From Schmidtea nova (Eukaryota), in assembly GCA_044892505.1 (NCBI GenBank), contig CM097883.1:419492001-419556000 (forward strand): a DNA stretch of 64,000 nucleotides, written 5' to 3'. The notes below the pieces were generated by a model. It was not told where the DNA came from. It saw only the letters and a list, made by a program, of their open reading frames with translations, and did not search any database. The position numbers were made by a program, and so were the translations under genes. Shown piece after piece: positions 25,143-37,570 of the stretch. Each line of letters starts with the position of its first letter. Position 1 is the first letter of the stretch.

Positions 25143-26516
25143 TGTTGACGATACGTAAATAATAATAATTAAATAATATTCTAAAACAGGGTTGCCCAAA
25201 GATCATAGAATGCTTGGTCAAAAATTATCGATTACAAAAAATACAAGAACGAACGGGCTTTTGGCTATGGTGGTTATAAAAAGCCAGGAAAATGAGTTTG
25301 TCCTTTTAATTAATTTGTTTTTATGTAAATAAAATCAATTCAAATATGTTAAAATGTAAAGTTTAACGTCCATTTTAACAATGGCATGCGATTTTTTCAG
25401 ATTATATTTAACCAAGGGTTCAATTGAACCACCATATTGAATATTATTAATTACAGGCATATTAATTTTAGAAAGAGTTATTAATTTTTTTGCCTTCGCT
25501 GCATGTGTGTTTACAATGTGCTTATATTGTCGTTTTCTATTACAATTTAAATTAAATTGAAAATCAATTTTTATTTTCTGAAAATAAAATGTAACAAAAT
25601 ATTTTATATTTTAATCACAATGGTAATGACCGCGCACAAATGGAAACTGGCCACACTTCTAGAATGAATAAAAGTGATTGATGGAAAATGGATAGAATAA
25701 ATACTGTGCTGTTTTGGAATTCTGAGAAGAAGGAATGAGAGGAAGAAATTCAGAAATGAGAAGGAAATTAAACAATAAAAATAAATAATAGTCAACGTTA
25801 ATTAAAACATACTAAATGCAAAAAAAGGAATTTTAAAATCAAAAACAAAATCAAAGGCAAGTTTAATATATCAACAGGTTGTCAAAGATAATAGAGGAAC
25901 CATGAGAAAAAAATGAAATGTGCTGTCAGCAAGAAACAAAACTAATCTGAAGCACTGGAGAACGACAAACTATTAATTGGAGAAATCACAACAGATGAAT
26001 TAGAGATTAGAGAGATTAAATAAATTGGAAAAAAGATTAATGGAGACGAATTTGAAGAATAAGTATTGTAATAGAAGAAATTGTCAAAGGAATTTATTGT
26101 GTCAAATAGAGTTGAGTAATTGGAAAACGTTGAATCAAAGGAAAATTAAAGAAAATTTAAATAAGACGCAGAATTGACGTGAATTAATACGTAAATTAGA
26201 AAGGAGCAGACCTATTGTGTAAATCATTCAAGTACGAAAACAACCAGATCGATTCGAAAATTATTGAATCAGTAATAGTTAACTCATGGTGTTATACAAA
26301 TTAGTGCTATTCTTCATATAGTATCGTAATAAGAACTATATAACAAACGGTGGTGATAATGAATTAGTAGTATCCTTGTAATATGTGTAATCATCTGTGA
26401 TAATCAATAAAGATTTATTTGGTTGGAAGATCGTTAGTTTATTAACCAATTAAAACACGCTTGGAGTCAGGTAATTAATTGGTAATTGTACAATTCACCA
26501 ACTACCCAACAACCCA
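25143..26516 (+). mobile_element. Diverged LTR copy (same family as 9624-10832); 5' boundary approximate, probably with an internal insertion
   Basis: Start TGTTGACGATACGTAAATAA resembles the reverse complement of the 10832 end. Clear homology over ~25980-26510. Confidence 0.6.
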
Positions 26517-26519
26517 GAA

Positions 26520-26900
26520 ATTACAAAAAAAACTGGTTCATTCAATTTAAAGCTGGAAGAAGCTCTGTGACAAATATGGAAGATTTAGGAAAGCCTTGTG
26601 AGATCAGCGAAAGAATTAAGAAAAAGCTTGATGACATCATTAAAATTAAAGAAAAATCACAACCAGAGTCACAACGCATTCAAGTGTTAACAAAGTTGCT
26701 TTCCAAGCATTGATGGCAGTAACTGGCAGCAAAAAATTGTGCTCAAGGTTTGCACTACACATTTTTAGCGCTGATATACCAGCTCATAGATTGGAATTTG
26801 CAGAGAGAATCTAAAAACATTGCCCTGTGTTTGAAACCACCTGTTGCATTGCAACATCACGATGAACAAGGTAGCACATTTTTTCTCTATCTTGAGTCAA
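26520..26900 (+). mobile_element. Decayed mariner transposase fragment
   Basis: WFIQFKAGRSSVTNMEDLGKP matches the mariner HTH signature WFxxFxxGxxxxxDxxRxGRP. The downstream part is degraded. Confidence 0.6.
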
Positions 26901-27379
26901 AATAAGGGGTAACCAGTTTAAGTAAGACGCGCCTCTCATGACAAGTTTCTCTTTCCGCTGCAAATTTTATATACAATTTGGGAAACTTTGAATCTCGTCT
27001 TCTTTATCCATAAGCAAACATTTGAAATTTTTAAATATACTTAAAAACATTTATTGATATAAAATCTATCACTAACTAAATACAACATACAACAAGAGTG
27101 TCTAACACAAATTCATAACTCAACCTCAATAATTCCGCCTTATAAAGAAAATAGCAAATCGTTTGTAGACCTGACTGTCAAACTATAGATTCTGCGTGTA
27201 ATTTCTTGATAATTGATGAGAATAACAAATTTGTAATTAATTAATAATTTAGTTAGTAAGAGTCACGCATCATTTTGAAAATATTTGGTATTTATTTATA
27301 TTGTTAGGATATTGGGTTGTTGGTGAAATTTAAATTTACTAATTAATTCTCTGACTCCAAGTGTGTTTATTTGATCAGA

Positions 27380-28235
27380 ATTTATCGAAACTATATTAAA
27401 TTATACGAGTGATGCGAAAGAAACTTGTCTTACTCCAATGGGATATGGAGCATCTGAGGATAGAAAAAAGTGGATTAAGGGATCGAAACTTTTCAACATG
27501 TGTTCATCATTACAATTAGATTTTAAGCTAAATATTTACTTCCCGGAGTTAATGTACATATTAGATTGAAGCGATCTGATTCTGCATTGTCATTGACATC
27601 TACAGCTGGGAAACCAATAATACAAATAGTAGATGCAAAATTAATGTTTCGAAGAGTTCTATGTGAATCTTCAGCATTAGCTGGACATCAATTTGGGTTA
27701 AATAATAAACATGCAATTTATCCGATAAAATCAAAAGAAATTGTATCTTTTGCAATCTGTAAAGAGGCATCATCCTTTTACAAGGAGCAAATATTTGGAG
27801 GTAGAAGAATGCTTGATTTCATTCTTGTAGAATTAATATAACGGATCTTATGCTGAATCTTCATCTGCATTCAAACATTTCAATGTAACTTCATTATCTT
27901 TGTCGAAAAATACCGATTATCGAGAAACTTATACTCAAGATTTTGAAAATGATAATATTAGCGCAACATATATGCAAAGTCTTGTCCGGAATTTAGGTTA
28001 TTTGGATAAAACTTGAATTTTGGTATAAGTCTGGATGAATTTAAAACTAAATATCCATTCTTTACATTTATTCTGGCTCCCGAATTTGATTTTAATCAAA
28101 ATCAATCCCTCAAAACGGGAATTTACGCCTAGATATAAAGTTTTCTAAACCCATTGACGAACAGGTTCATGTAATTATATATGGAGTTTTTGAAAATGAA
28201 GTACAAATTACTGCAAATCGAACAGTATTAGTTTA
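27380..28235 (+). pseudogene. Polinton major capsid protein (PY / double jelly-roll), 5'-truncated and frameshifted
   Basis: FIETILNYTSDAKET...LQLDF..KYLLPGVNVHIRLKRS...AIYPIK...FKHFNV...GNLRLDIKFSKP...VIIYGVFENEVQITANRTV. Confidence 0.85.
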
Positions 28236-28287
28236 AGGAAAGCTTAAACAGTATAAATGACAAAAGTTATTATTATTATTAATTATT

Positions 28288-28665
28288 ATGGAGTAAGTTT
28301 TTTTAATTGATTAATTATTTATTTTTAATTAGTTCTATTCAGGTATTACAACAAGGTAAAAAACTGTTGGAAAATCAATTTATTGGAGTCTATCCGCTAA
28401 ATAAAATACCTTATTTGAAAATGAATCAAGCCATCATTGTAAATACTCAGACATCTACTTTGGGCGGTGAAAATTGGATTGCTGTTTACGTTAAACCAGA
28501 TCGAATACATGTATTTGATCCCTTTGGAAATTATTATCCGAATTTACTAGTTCGAAAATTGCAAACTATTGGTAAATCTATTGTGTATAATATAATTCGG
28601 TATCAACTGTCCATTAACAATTACTTGTGGTGAACAGTGCCTTGCGTGGTTGAAATCTATGTTAT
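28288..28665 (+). pseudogene. Adenain-type cysteine protease with an apparent 40-nt intron (28293-28332)
   Basis: MD|SIQV...FIGVYP...IIVNT...GGENWIAV (catalytic His changed to Asn)...FDPFG...YQ..; TCGEQC follows a frameshift. Confidence 0.8.
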
Positions 28666-28698
28666 AAACAATTTAGTTTAATAAATTTTATTTGAAAA

Positions 28699-29081
28699 AT
28701 GGCTTGTTTTTTATTGATATTTATGGTTATAATGAAATGGGTTAAGAATATGCATTATGAATGTTAATAGTATTTTCATACCACAGTATTATATATACAG
28801 TGATTTATCTTTCTGGCCTGATCGTTTGAAATGGTTTGAAGGACAAAATTTTTTTAGCACAAAATGTATTATGAATGATATTATAGATAAAGGAGCTATT
28901 TTCTATGTTACGGATAATGAAAAGTTGCAAGTCTTGAAGAAATATTTCCCGAAATTAAGATTAATTAAATTGAATTATAAAGAAATAGAATTTGTTCCAG
29001 ATAATATTTCATGTCTTTATAAAGATCATTGTATGTGTGCCTATAAATGGTGCTTGTCTGGTGTTATAGATTATTTGATAC
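28699..29081 (+). pseudogene. Polinton accessory ORF (DEDD-exonuclease-like, Cys/His-rich C-terminus)
   Basis: FFIDIYGY...FYVTDNEKLQVL...CLYKDHCMCA pattern recalled from adintovirus accessory genes; one in-frame stop. Confidence 0.45.
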
Positions 29082-29242
29082 NNNNNNNNNNNNNNNNNNN
29101 NNNNNNNNNNNNNNNNNNNNNNNNNNNNNNNNNNNNNNNNNNNNNNNNNNNNNNNNNNNNNNNNNNNNNNNNNNNNNNNNNNNNNNNNNNNNNNNNNNNN
29201 NNNNNNNNNNNNNNNNNNNNNNNNNNNNNNNNNNNNNNNNNN
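29082..29242. other. Assembly gap
   Basis: Run of N. Confidence 1.
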
Positions 29243-29261
29243 TTTGATCTTTTTTTATTAT

Positions 29262-29450
29262 TATTATCAATAATTCTCATAATGACTATAGATCAAATTT
29301 TTTTTTATAAACAATAACACAATATTTCGGCACAGCCTTTATCAAGTGTGTATTTCTGAAAATACACACTTGATAAAGGCTGTGCCGAAATATTGTGTTA
29401 TTGTTTATAAAAAAAAATTTGATCTATAGTCATTATGAGAATTATTGATA

Positions 29451-29452
<2 letters not shown>
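29262..29452. repeat. Near-perfect ~95-bp-arm palindrome carrying two minimal hammerhead motifs (Penelope pLTR-like)
   Basis: The arms are reverse complements around ~29358. Confidence 0.9.
29366..29398 (+). ncRNA. Minimal type I hammerhead ribozyme motif (U3-A8 variant); mirror copy at ~29317-29349 on minus
   Basis: ACAC-TTGATAA-A-GGC TGT GCC-GAAA-TAT-T-GTGT: stem I ACAC/GTGT, stem II GGC/GCC, palindromic ATAT stem III. Confidence 0.65.
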
Positions 29453-29492
<40 letters not shown>

Positions 29493-30089
29493 ATTATTAT
29501 TAATTAAATATTATTATTAATTATTAAATATTATTATTTTAAAAATTATTTCAATCATTAATCATAACAAAAAAAGTGCATGATACGTGCATGATAAGTG
29601 CATGATAAAACATGTGATGTCATGACGTCATATGTCTTTGTCACGATACAAAGCAGCTATCGTGACGTCAAACACATAAGCAAAGGTACAGTATGTGTGC
29701 ATAAATTTCTCTATCCTATCTCAACTATGATTGGTCGGTTAATAATACCTGTTTTATATAGACTATACTTTTATTATTTTTTCACTTTTCATTTACAATT
29801 TTCAAGAACAACAACTACTACTACTACAATTATAAACAATATCGAAATCACAAAAGAACGCCATCTGGCAGGAGGAGTGAACGGTAAATTTATTATTATT
29901 ATTTTGTATATTATTATCATTATCCTTTTAGAAATGAATATTGCGCGAAATATGGCAGCAACCATGATGCGACAGAATGCACCGACAACATCAAGGAATG
30001 ATGATCCAAGATTTACAATCGGCATCAATAATGGTATACGATTTTTAAGTATGATTTATTATTATTTATTATAAGTTTATTATTATTAA

Positions 30090-30144
<55 letters not shown>

Positions 30145-30930
30145 TATAAGTTTATTATATATGTGTTCACTTAATCATTGAATGCAGCCAAATGTGATTA
30201 CAATGTGATCAGTGTCCTTCAAAAAATGATTTGATTAAGAATGAAATCGAAAAAATGATTACCAAAATCATTGAAAGAGTCAAATGTCCGAATCAAACAT
30301 TTATTAAAAAACAATATGAACAAGTCAGATGTCAAGATCAAACAGTTGAAATTGAAAACGAAAAAACAGCATTAGTATTACATTATATCAGTTTATTGAT
30401 ATTAATCGTGATCTTGATATTATAAACTTCGATAAGGTTAGAGAAAATATCGAATATTCTTATTCCTATAAATAATATTCCTATGAATAATATTCGTATG
30501 AATAATATGTCTATGAATAATTTTGATATGAATAATTTTGATTCGAAATTTTGTACAAGTACCCAACGTTATATATAAATAAATTTTATTATTTAGTCTC
30601 TGTATTTATTATAACTAATGTCTTTGTTTGCTTGCATCTGAATTGCAATGTTTTTGTTAACTTGCATCTTCATTGCAATGTTAACTATGTCGATGTTTAA
30701 AAATTATATTTGCGTACCATCAACATAGTTTTAAATATAATGACCATGAAAAAATCTTTTCAATTATATATAATTTGTTTGAACTTTTTGTTTCAAAATT
30801 TTATTTTTCGATCACACACCTTCAAAAATCATACTATCGTGTGTATCTTGCAAAGGGCTTTCTAACGATACCAAATTTGACCTTAGTACTTGTACTTATT
30901 AAAATTAAAAAAAATTATTTTAATTTGAAA

Positions 30931-31220
30931 TGAGTCATCGATGACATAATATAATTCAAATTTAAAATGAGTCATCGGGTTAGTCATCGATGAGTCATAA
31001 GGATGAGTCATGAATATTATGAGTCATCGACGAGTCATCAATTTAAAAATTTTTTAATTTTTAAAAATTTTTAAAAATAACTTCTCAAATAATAGCTGAG
31101 TCATCGATGACTCCGAAAAACCAAAAAAAAATCAAAATAATTAAAATTGAAAAAGTTTTTTTTTAAATGCTTATTTTTCGATGAGTCATAAAATTTTTTG
31201 ATGAGTCATCGATGAGTAAT
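30931..31220. promoter_or_regulatory. Dense AP-1 (TGAGTCA) motif cluster
   Basis: Eight perfect TGAGTCA (30931, 30968, 30991, 31004, 31020, 31097, 31182, 31202) plus variants, often as TGAGTCATCGATGA. Confidence 0.6.
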
Positions 31221-31391
31221 CGATTGGTCAAATAAAAATAAATTTAAAAAGAGAAAACTTTGCGAAAATAAAAGATAAAAAAAGTAAATAAAAAGTAAAT
31301 AAAACAAATTTTTAAAGAATTAAAATTTTTTGTTTTTGTTTGAATTTTTCCGTCCACGCATTTCTTTGTGATTGACTCCACACATCTACCT

Positions 31392-31581
31392 ACTGTAAGA
31401 CTATAGATTCTTTTGGTTGTGAAGTACACGGTATTTCGGCAAGCCTTTATCAAGTGTATGTAGAGGAAATACACGCATGATAAAGGCTGTGCCAAAATAT
31501 CGTTTACCTAATAATAAAATTTTGATTTATAGTCTTACAAATATTAATATGAAAATTATTGAATTAAAAAAGAGATCAAAG
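31392..31581. ncRNA. Second inverted pair of hammerhead-bearing pLTR-like repeats
   Basis: Minus copy TACAC-TTGATAA-A-GGC TT GCC-GAAA-TAC-C-GTGTA (~31425-31458). Plus copy ATGATAAAGGCTGTGCCAAAATATC is mutated. Both share the family tail GATyTATAGTC; the plus copy runs on to GATCAAA. Confidence 0.6.
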
Positions 31582-31775
31582 TTGAAACTAAAAAATATTT
31601 ATTTTTAATTGTCCAAATCGTTGCCCCCCCCCCGAATAATTACTTTTAAAATCCTTATAAATCTATTAAGTAAAATATTAATATATTAAACTCAATTTAA
31701 TGATATAGGGGAATTACACCATTTACAACCAGCAATTATAATATTTATATATATTGAAAAAATTGGAATTTTATG

Positions 31776-32606
31776 TCAATTCCAAAAATGTGTATGATAT
31801 TGGACAACAAATGAACCCTTTTCATAATAATAATTTCTACACATTTTTCTTTCAGTTGAGTTCATCCGATTAAAATCCTTGCAAAATGAGGGAGTGTCAA
31901 TTTTTTCAGAATAATCAAAAGGGTTGAAAAACAAACTCGGATAGATCGTCGTTCGGTTTTCATTATGGAACTTTTTCATAAACGTTTCAAGCATTTTAGT
32001 TAACATGATAGGACCTGTCATTTCTTCGGGTGTGAGCTTTCTGTGGGAGTTCTTCATTATGTTCTGTATTACATCTAACCAAAATGGATCTCCTTTTTTT
32101 GAATAAAATAGAGAATTCTCTACATACAAAACTTTGTTACCCATCGTTCCAAATGCTAATGAAGAATTGTCTAACAGATGCTCAAATGGCCGCAAACAAT
32201 CTGCATCCAAATCTGCATAAATGCCGCCAAAATGATGCATGTAGAAATATCTTATTGAATCAGCCCGATAAATTGGTCTTCGAAACTCATCATAGGTTTG
32301 TAAAAACCAAGGATAATAATTTTTGATGAGATCCCTGTTACCTTCGTCTGTCCAAAGAATATATTTCCAATTCGGAAAACATTTTCTCCACGATTTCGAG
32401 TATTGTGAGAAAAAACTTGGCAAATTCGAATTTTTCCAAGATTGATGGATTACCCTAACAACCCCTTCGGGTTGTTGTAAAAGTTTCTGACAAATATTTC
32501 TTACGCTGATTTGTCGGATTACGAAAATACATAATAAGATTAAAATAAAACAAAAAATTCGTGATTTTGATAAAATTTTCTTAGGAATTATTCCTTTCAA
32601 AGTCAT
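31776..32606 (-). CDS. GT32 (DXD) glycosyltransferase, copy 2
   Basis: Intact 276-aa ORF from ATG 32606, nearly identical to copy 1. Confidence 0.9.
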   Translation of the reverse strand: MTLKGIIPKKILSKSRIFCFILILLCIFVIRQISVRNICQKLLQQPEGVVRVIHQSWKNSNLPSFFSQYSKSWRKCFPNWKYILWTDEGNRDLIKNYYPWFLQTYDEFRRPIYRADSIRYFYMHHFGGIYADLDADCLRPFEHLLDNSSLAFGTMGNKVLYVENSLFYSKKGDPFWLDVIQNIMKNSHRKLTPEEMTGPIMLTKMLETFMKKFHNENRTTIYPSLFFNPFDYSEKIDTPSFCKDFNRMNSTERKMCRNYYYEKGSFVVQYHTHFWN

Positions 32607-35049
32607 TCGATTGTAACTCAAGAAATGCCTTTTTTAATTAATATTTGTTGATTAAAACAAACAATTATGTTGAATAATAAATGAATAATAAATATTCCTA
32701 ATTGGTAATCGAACCAATTAGTTGAACAAAACAAATAAATCACACTTTTTCCCGTAAACGTTTTAAGTGAAATCGAGTTTCAATTTTACGAAATAATTTT
32801 TCAGTTATTTATTTCATGGCTTATTTTAGACTTTACCATTGGAAACCTCAGAAATTCTGTTATCTGTTATTTTGATACTTTCCTTAAACGCAAGTCAACA
32901 TTTTAGTCATTTACATTCTGCATTCTTGTCATCAAAAAAATATTTTTTTGAATAAATATAAAAATTAAAAACAAACGCCAATCCAAAATTATATTCCGCA
33001 CAATAAATTTCAATAAAACCCTTCTCATCATCAGTTACTTTTCCGATAAGCATTTCGATATAAATCAAATAAACAAATTGATTTTAAACAAATTTGTGCT
33101 GTTTACAGTAAGTAGAAGTGAGCCTAATATGACTCATCTTTTTTCAAAAAATTTCTATGTCAGATATTAGTCACGTGATGAGTCATAATGTAGGTCAGGA
33201 TCATTTAAACAAAGATATATGTTACTATTTACAGACCATATAATATTGTGAGCCCACGATGATTCATCATTTTTTCAAAGTTTTTCTGAGTCAAAGACCC
33301 CTTCCCTACAGCTTAAACAGAAGGTAGTATGAAAAATATCTTTAATGTTTCGAAATCAGAAAATAATTCTTAGACTTTTAACTGAGAATATAATTTTTCA
33401 TAAGGTCGTTGTTTTAGCCGAAAATAGACCTTGAAGTGTTTGGTAATCATGCATTAGTATTGCACTAATCAAAACAAGATACAATAATACATTTATTTAA
33501 ACTAGAAAATAATTCAAAATAAATATTGGAAATTTAAATATTGATGATTTATTTGCAGAGTTTTGATCAAACTTTGACTGAAGATTCCCATTTCGATTTC
33601 TAACTTCATTCATTATTAGATTGAGCTGATCGTATAAGTTTGGTGTTATAAATTTGTCGAACTATTGAACATGATTATTTAATTTTTTATTGTTTTTTCT
33701 TACTTCAATCAATATAAGTTTCAAATCATTTTTGATTGTAGTAAGGGTTTGGTTGAATAATTGCATATTTTTATATAATTTCACACGAATTATTCATTCT
33801 TTTTGGTAGTCTCCCTGTAGAAGCCTTCAGTCATCTAGGTCTATCTGCTAAATCCAAAATATGTAAAAGCACAATCGTATTAGGGTCAACACACCTTGCT
33901 TTATTTTGTCCTTGAGTTTGAGTGTTTATGTGTGGTTACATATCCGTGTATATAGGTGTGTGCTTTAATAAATAACAATTAACTATTAATAATAAACAAA
34001 TAAACAGTACAACGTTTATTTAACTAAAGATACACCTGGTTTCTTAGTTTAAAAGTAACAATGATACAAGTAGGTGTGTACATCTGCTTGTTACTTATAG
34101 TTACTTTGTTGAATTTTTTATTTATTCATTTAGCAATTTTTTAAAAATGGCTATCTAGTAAGTTTATTTATTAAGATATCTTTTAATGCTTCTATTTTTA
34201 TTTTACAATGAAATAACTTTTTCATTCTTTTGCTTGCTTTATATACCCAAATTTCGTTTATTGAAATAAAACATTTTTTAAGTGTCTATTTATTTCTTCT
34301 GTTGTCAGGTTTCAGCAGTCAGTAATTTACGCACGGGGAGATATAGATGAAATTATTGATAATTCAGCTGTTTCGTAGGTCAAATTAATTGGTTATATTT
34401 CTTACAGAAATAATTCAATCTAAAAAAATAAAATAACACTACAATGTTAGTTATATAATGATATAAGAAGTAATTGATAATAGTCACAATATTAAAGTTA
34501 GTTAAATCACATAATTGTCAACATAATCATATAGGGTTTGATTGCATTGAATTTCAAATTGGAGACTTATTGGATTGATTGGGGAACCATTGGTGAAACT
34601 CTGTGATATTGGTTGGTTTGGATTGATTGATTGGGGTTTGATTGGATGTTGTTGTGGATTTTGAATTAGATCGATTGAGAGTGATCTTTTATTTATGACG
34701 GGGCTCTTCCTTTTCTGGGTATATGTTTACCTTGTAATTATTGGGCCCTGTCCCATAATATTTCGAGAGGATGAATGTATCGATGTGTCTACCCTCATCA
34801 TCTAACACTTGTGTAATTGATAATTTTTGAAGTTTTGTTGTAATTTCGAATAAATATCTGAATTTTGAATTTATTTTATGCTCGGTCTTAAATGATTCTC
34901 CGATCAAATTGATTTAGGAGGGGCTTTGTCAGCTCACCGGCCACGAATTCATGATTCATTGAAGAAATCAGACCGAAGAGTCGGAACGGGTTCTCAGACC
35001 ATCGTTTTTTAAATTATAAAGATTGGCTAGCGTAAAAGAGAATTAGGGG

Positions 35050-36800
35050 TGTTATTGGAAAGTGAACCAGGAGGAATAGAAGAGCTGTTATTCAGATATT
35101 TTTGAAAATAGATAGGTGTAGATGTTATATATCATAAAGTGATGTTATAAAAAGTGTTGGGGTAATGGATTGGGTGTTGAGAAATTCTACTAGGGGTAAT
35201 GTCGTGACGCATATCATATCGCTAAATCCCTTTCAATAACCACTTCATAAAATTAATGACTACTTATTGAGCATGTACCGTGATAGTGACTTGTCGTCAG
35301 TTGGTAATGTACATCTTGGGCGTATAATAAGTGGCAGGTGAGTTCTTATGTTAGAAATACAGCCACTTACAATACTTTTAAGGATTCTATAGGCGATAGA
35401 ATACTTTAATCCATTATCAATCCCTTCAGGTTACTAATTTAGGCTTAATTGATGACATTACTGTCAGGTAAAGATATTCAATGATTACCTATCTTGTATA
35501 ATGGTGATATAGCCGCATTACCTACTAATGATCTTGGTTCTGTTCCATTATTTAATAATTAATGCAGGTAACATAAACCTTATTTCTCCCTGAGCATTAC
35601 TGGGAATTCTAGTGTGCAATTTTTAGATTTAGCCACTTCAACTTCTTCTGCTACACATTGGTAACTATAGATTGCTTCCCTCATGATCCTGCCAAATGTA
35701 CCCTGCTCGGTTAACATAGGCATAACTAGATCTGGATTTACTATTGAAATTTCTAATCGATTTCTAATTATTTCACGGTTCAATCGGCAATCATTCAGGA
35801 TCACCTCTTGATACTTGTCTTGCATATTTTTCTGTAGATTATGATACAGAAAATCCAATTTATTATTAATGTAATTTGTTATTTTTATATCTGTTTTTTG
35901 CAGTTTTTCTGTCCCTGGGAAATATATTTATCTGCTATAAATATTCCCTGATAATTTGTCTTGTGTACCGTCACACCACATTTGATTTTCAGGTCTTTCA
36001 TTACCAGTCTAATTGCGTCTGTTACCTCCTTGGATACAAATACTAATGCAGTACTTTTTTCATGAATTTCCTCCCTTACTAATTATTTGAATTTTAGTCC
36101 ACCCCATACTTCTCCTTTATTTTTATTAATTGATAACCTTGTTCCGTTTTGTTTCTGGAATAATATTTTCATTTGGTATACTAACTCACAATAATCTTTC
36201 ATTATCTGATATATTAAGGTAGCGGACAAAGTTCTACAGAACCAACGCTTAATATTGCATTCAAGATGCAAAGTACTAATACGTAATCTTCCACTTTCAC
36301 CACATGATTTATCAGGTTTCCCCCCCCCTCACCTTGGTACATCCAAATCATGAACCATCATCATCGATTGTTTCTCGTCGAGTGATAGTTATCGCTAGGG
36401 CCTTCCCTACTTCGGTCGTAATAGTTACTTCGTCATCTATTTTAAGTGTTCCGGTTCGAAAAACATTTTCACAATCGTCTGGTAGTATGGCCATAGGTAC
36501 TAGTTTTGTTCCTAAGAACGCCGTAAAGCTGTGTCTCCCACACCAATATTCGAACGTTGTCTTTTGCTATCTACATTCTCTGACAGTAGTTCTGTAAAAA
36601 TCAGTCTCCTGATATACATGATACGAGACCTCTTCTCCTAACATCACCTTATCCGGATATGCTTCCTTGCATTCCACTGTATCAACTAATGAGTATATCC
36701 TACTCAAACTTAGATTGATGAAATCATATACTATTTTAGAATTCGTCGGACATAACATCCCTTTAGTTACTAGAAACATTACTAGTAATTTTAGGAAACT
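35050..36800 (-). pseudogene. Chuvirus-like (class III, gB-related) envelope glycoprotein
   Basis: Signal FLKLLVMFLVTKG; YSLVDTVEC; ECR*QKTTFEYWCGRHSF...DDCENVFRTG; LIYQ; DFLY...NDCRLNREII; AIYSYQCVAEEV...NCTLEFPV. This is the recalled chuviral G cysteine pattern. Confidence 0.85.
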
Positions 36801-37570
36801 GCCTCCTCCTATTCGATTATTTGGTACCAATGGATTAGTTGGCATATCCTCAGCTATCTCATATCGAATGGACTTCTCTCTTTTTTGTCCCAAAATATAA
36901 TTACTTCTAAACATTGTTCGAAATTTGTTTCGATGATTTTCCCAATTTGTTCTATTTCTAATTCGATTGACGTTTGATTATTGCACATTGATTTTACAAT
37001 ATTCTGTATCATCATTGTCAATATGGTTATCATCTTTCCTCTAAAGTCCATTTAATAGAAATTCGTTAACTATATAGTAAATATATGGTTTTCTATGGTT
37101 GTAGGGATCTTTCCCATTGCTACTCTTATCTCTTGAACAAATGAATTCACTTTAATAGTGTCATTTTTCACAATTTGCCATTCTGACTTAATTATTCTCA
37201 ATATTTGTCTCAGATACTTTTTCGTTTTAGTTTCTTCTTTTGTTTCATCATCGAACTGTTTGGCAATGTCTGCTAAAGCTTGGCTTGTTTTACTCTACAC
37301 CATTTTCAGATCTAACTGATCCCTCGGAGGCGATTTCATCATACTTTCTTAGGCCTTACTCTGCCATCTTTTTTATGTTTGGTTTCCTTAACTGTTTGTT
37401 CCGGAGCTACGGGCGCATTTTGTTGTATGATTGTGTTACCTTGTCCCCCAATTTTCTCTGGGGTTCTTACTTTTTCTGTGAAATTCTTCAGCCCAATCTT
37501 CCAAGATTCCATCCAACTGGTCTTGGTCAATATCCGCATTAACTACTTCTTCTAGTCTGGGCACTACTGG

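Larger units (their letters stand above)
27380..31644 (+). mobile_element. Polinton/Maverick (adintovirus-like) endogenous element, right-hand remnant
   Basis: Consecutive major capsid, adenain and small accessory ORFs, then motif-rich noncoding DNA. The putative terminus is ...CCCCCGAATAATTACT (AGT-type end). The right boundary is inferred. Confidence 0.75.

Noticed and set aside
29047-29317. ORFs running through N-gaps (also 50154-50642 and 54163-54465)
   Set aside because: Artefacts of ambiguous bases.
33737-33940. TGTA...TACA segment as the LTR of the gag-env element
   Set aside because: No TSD, no adjacent PPT and no second copy in the window.
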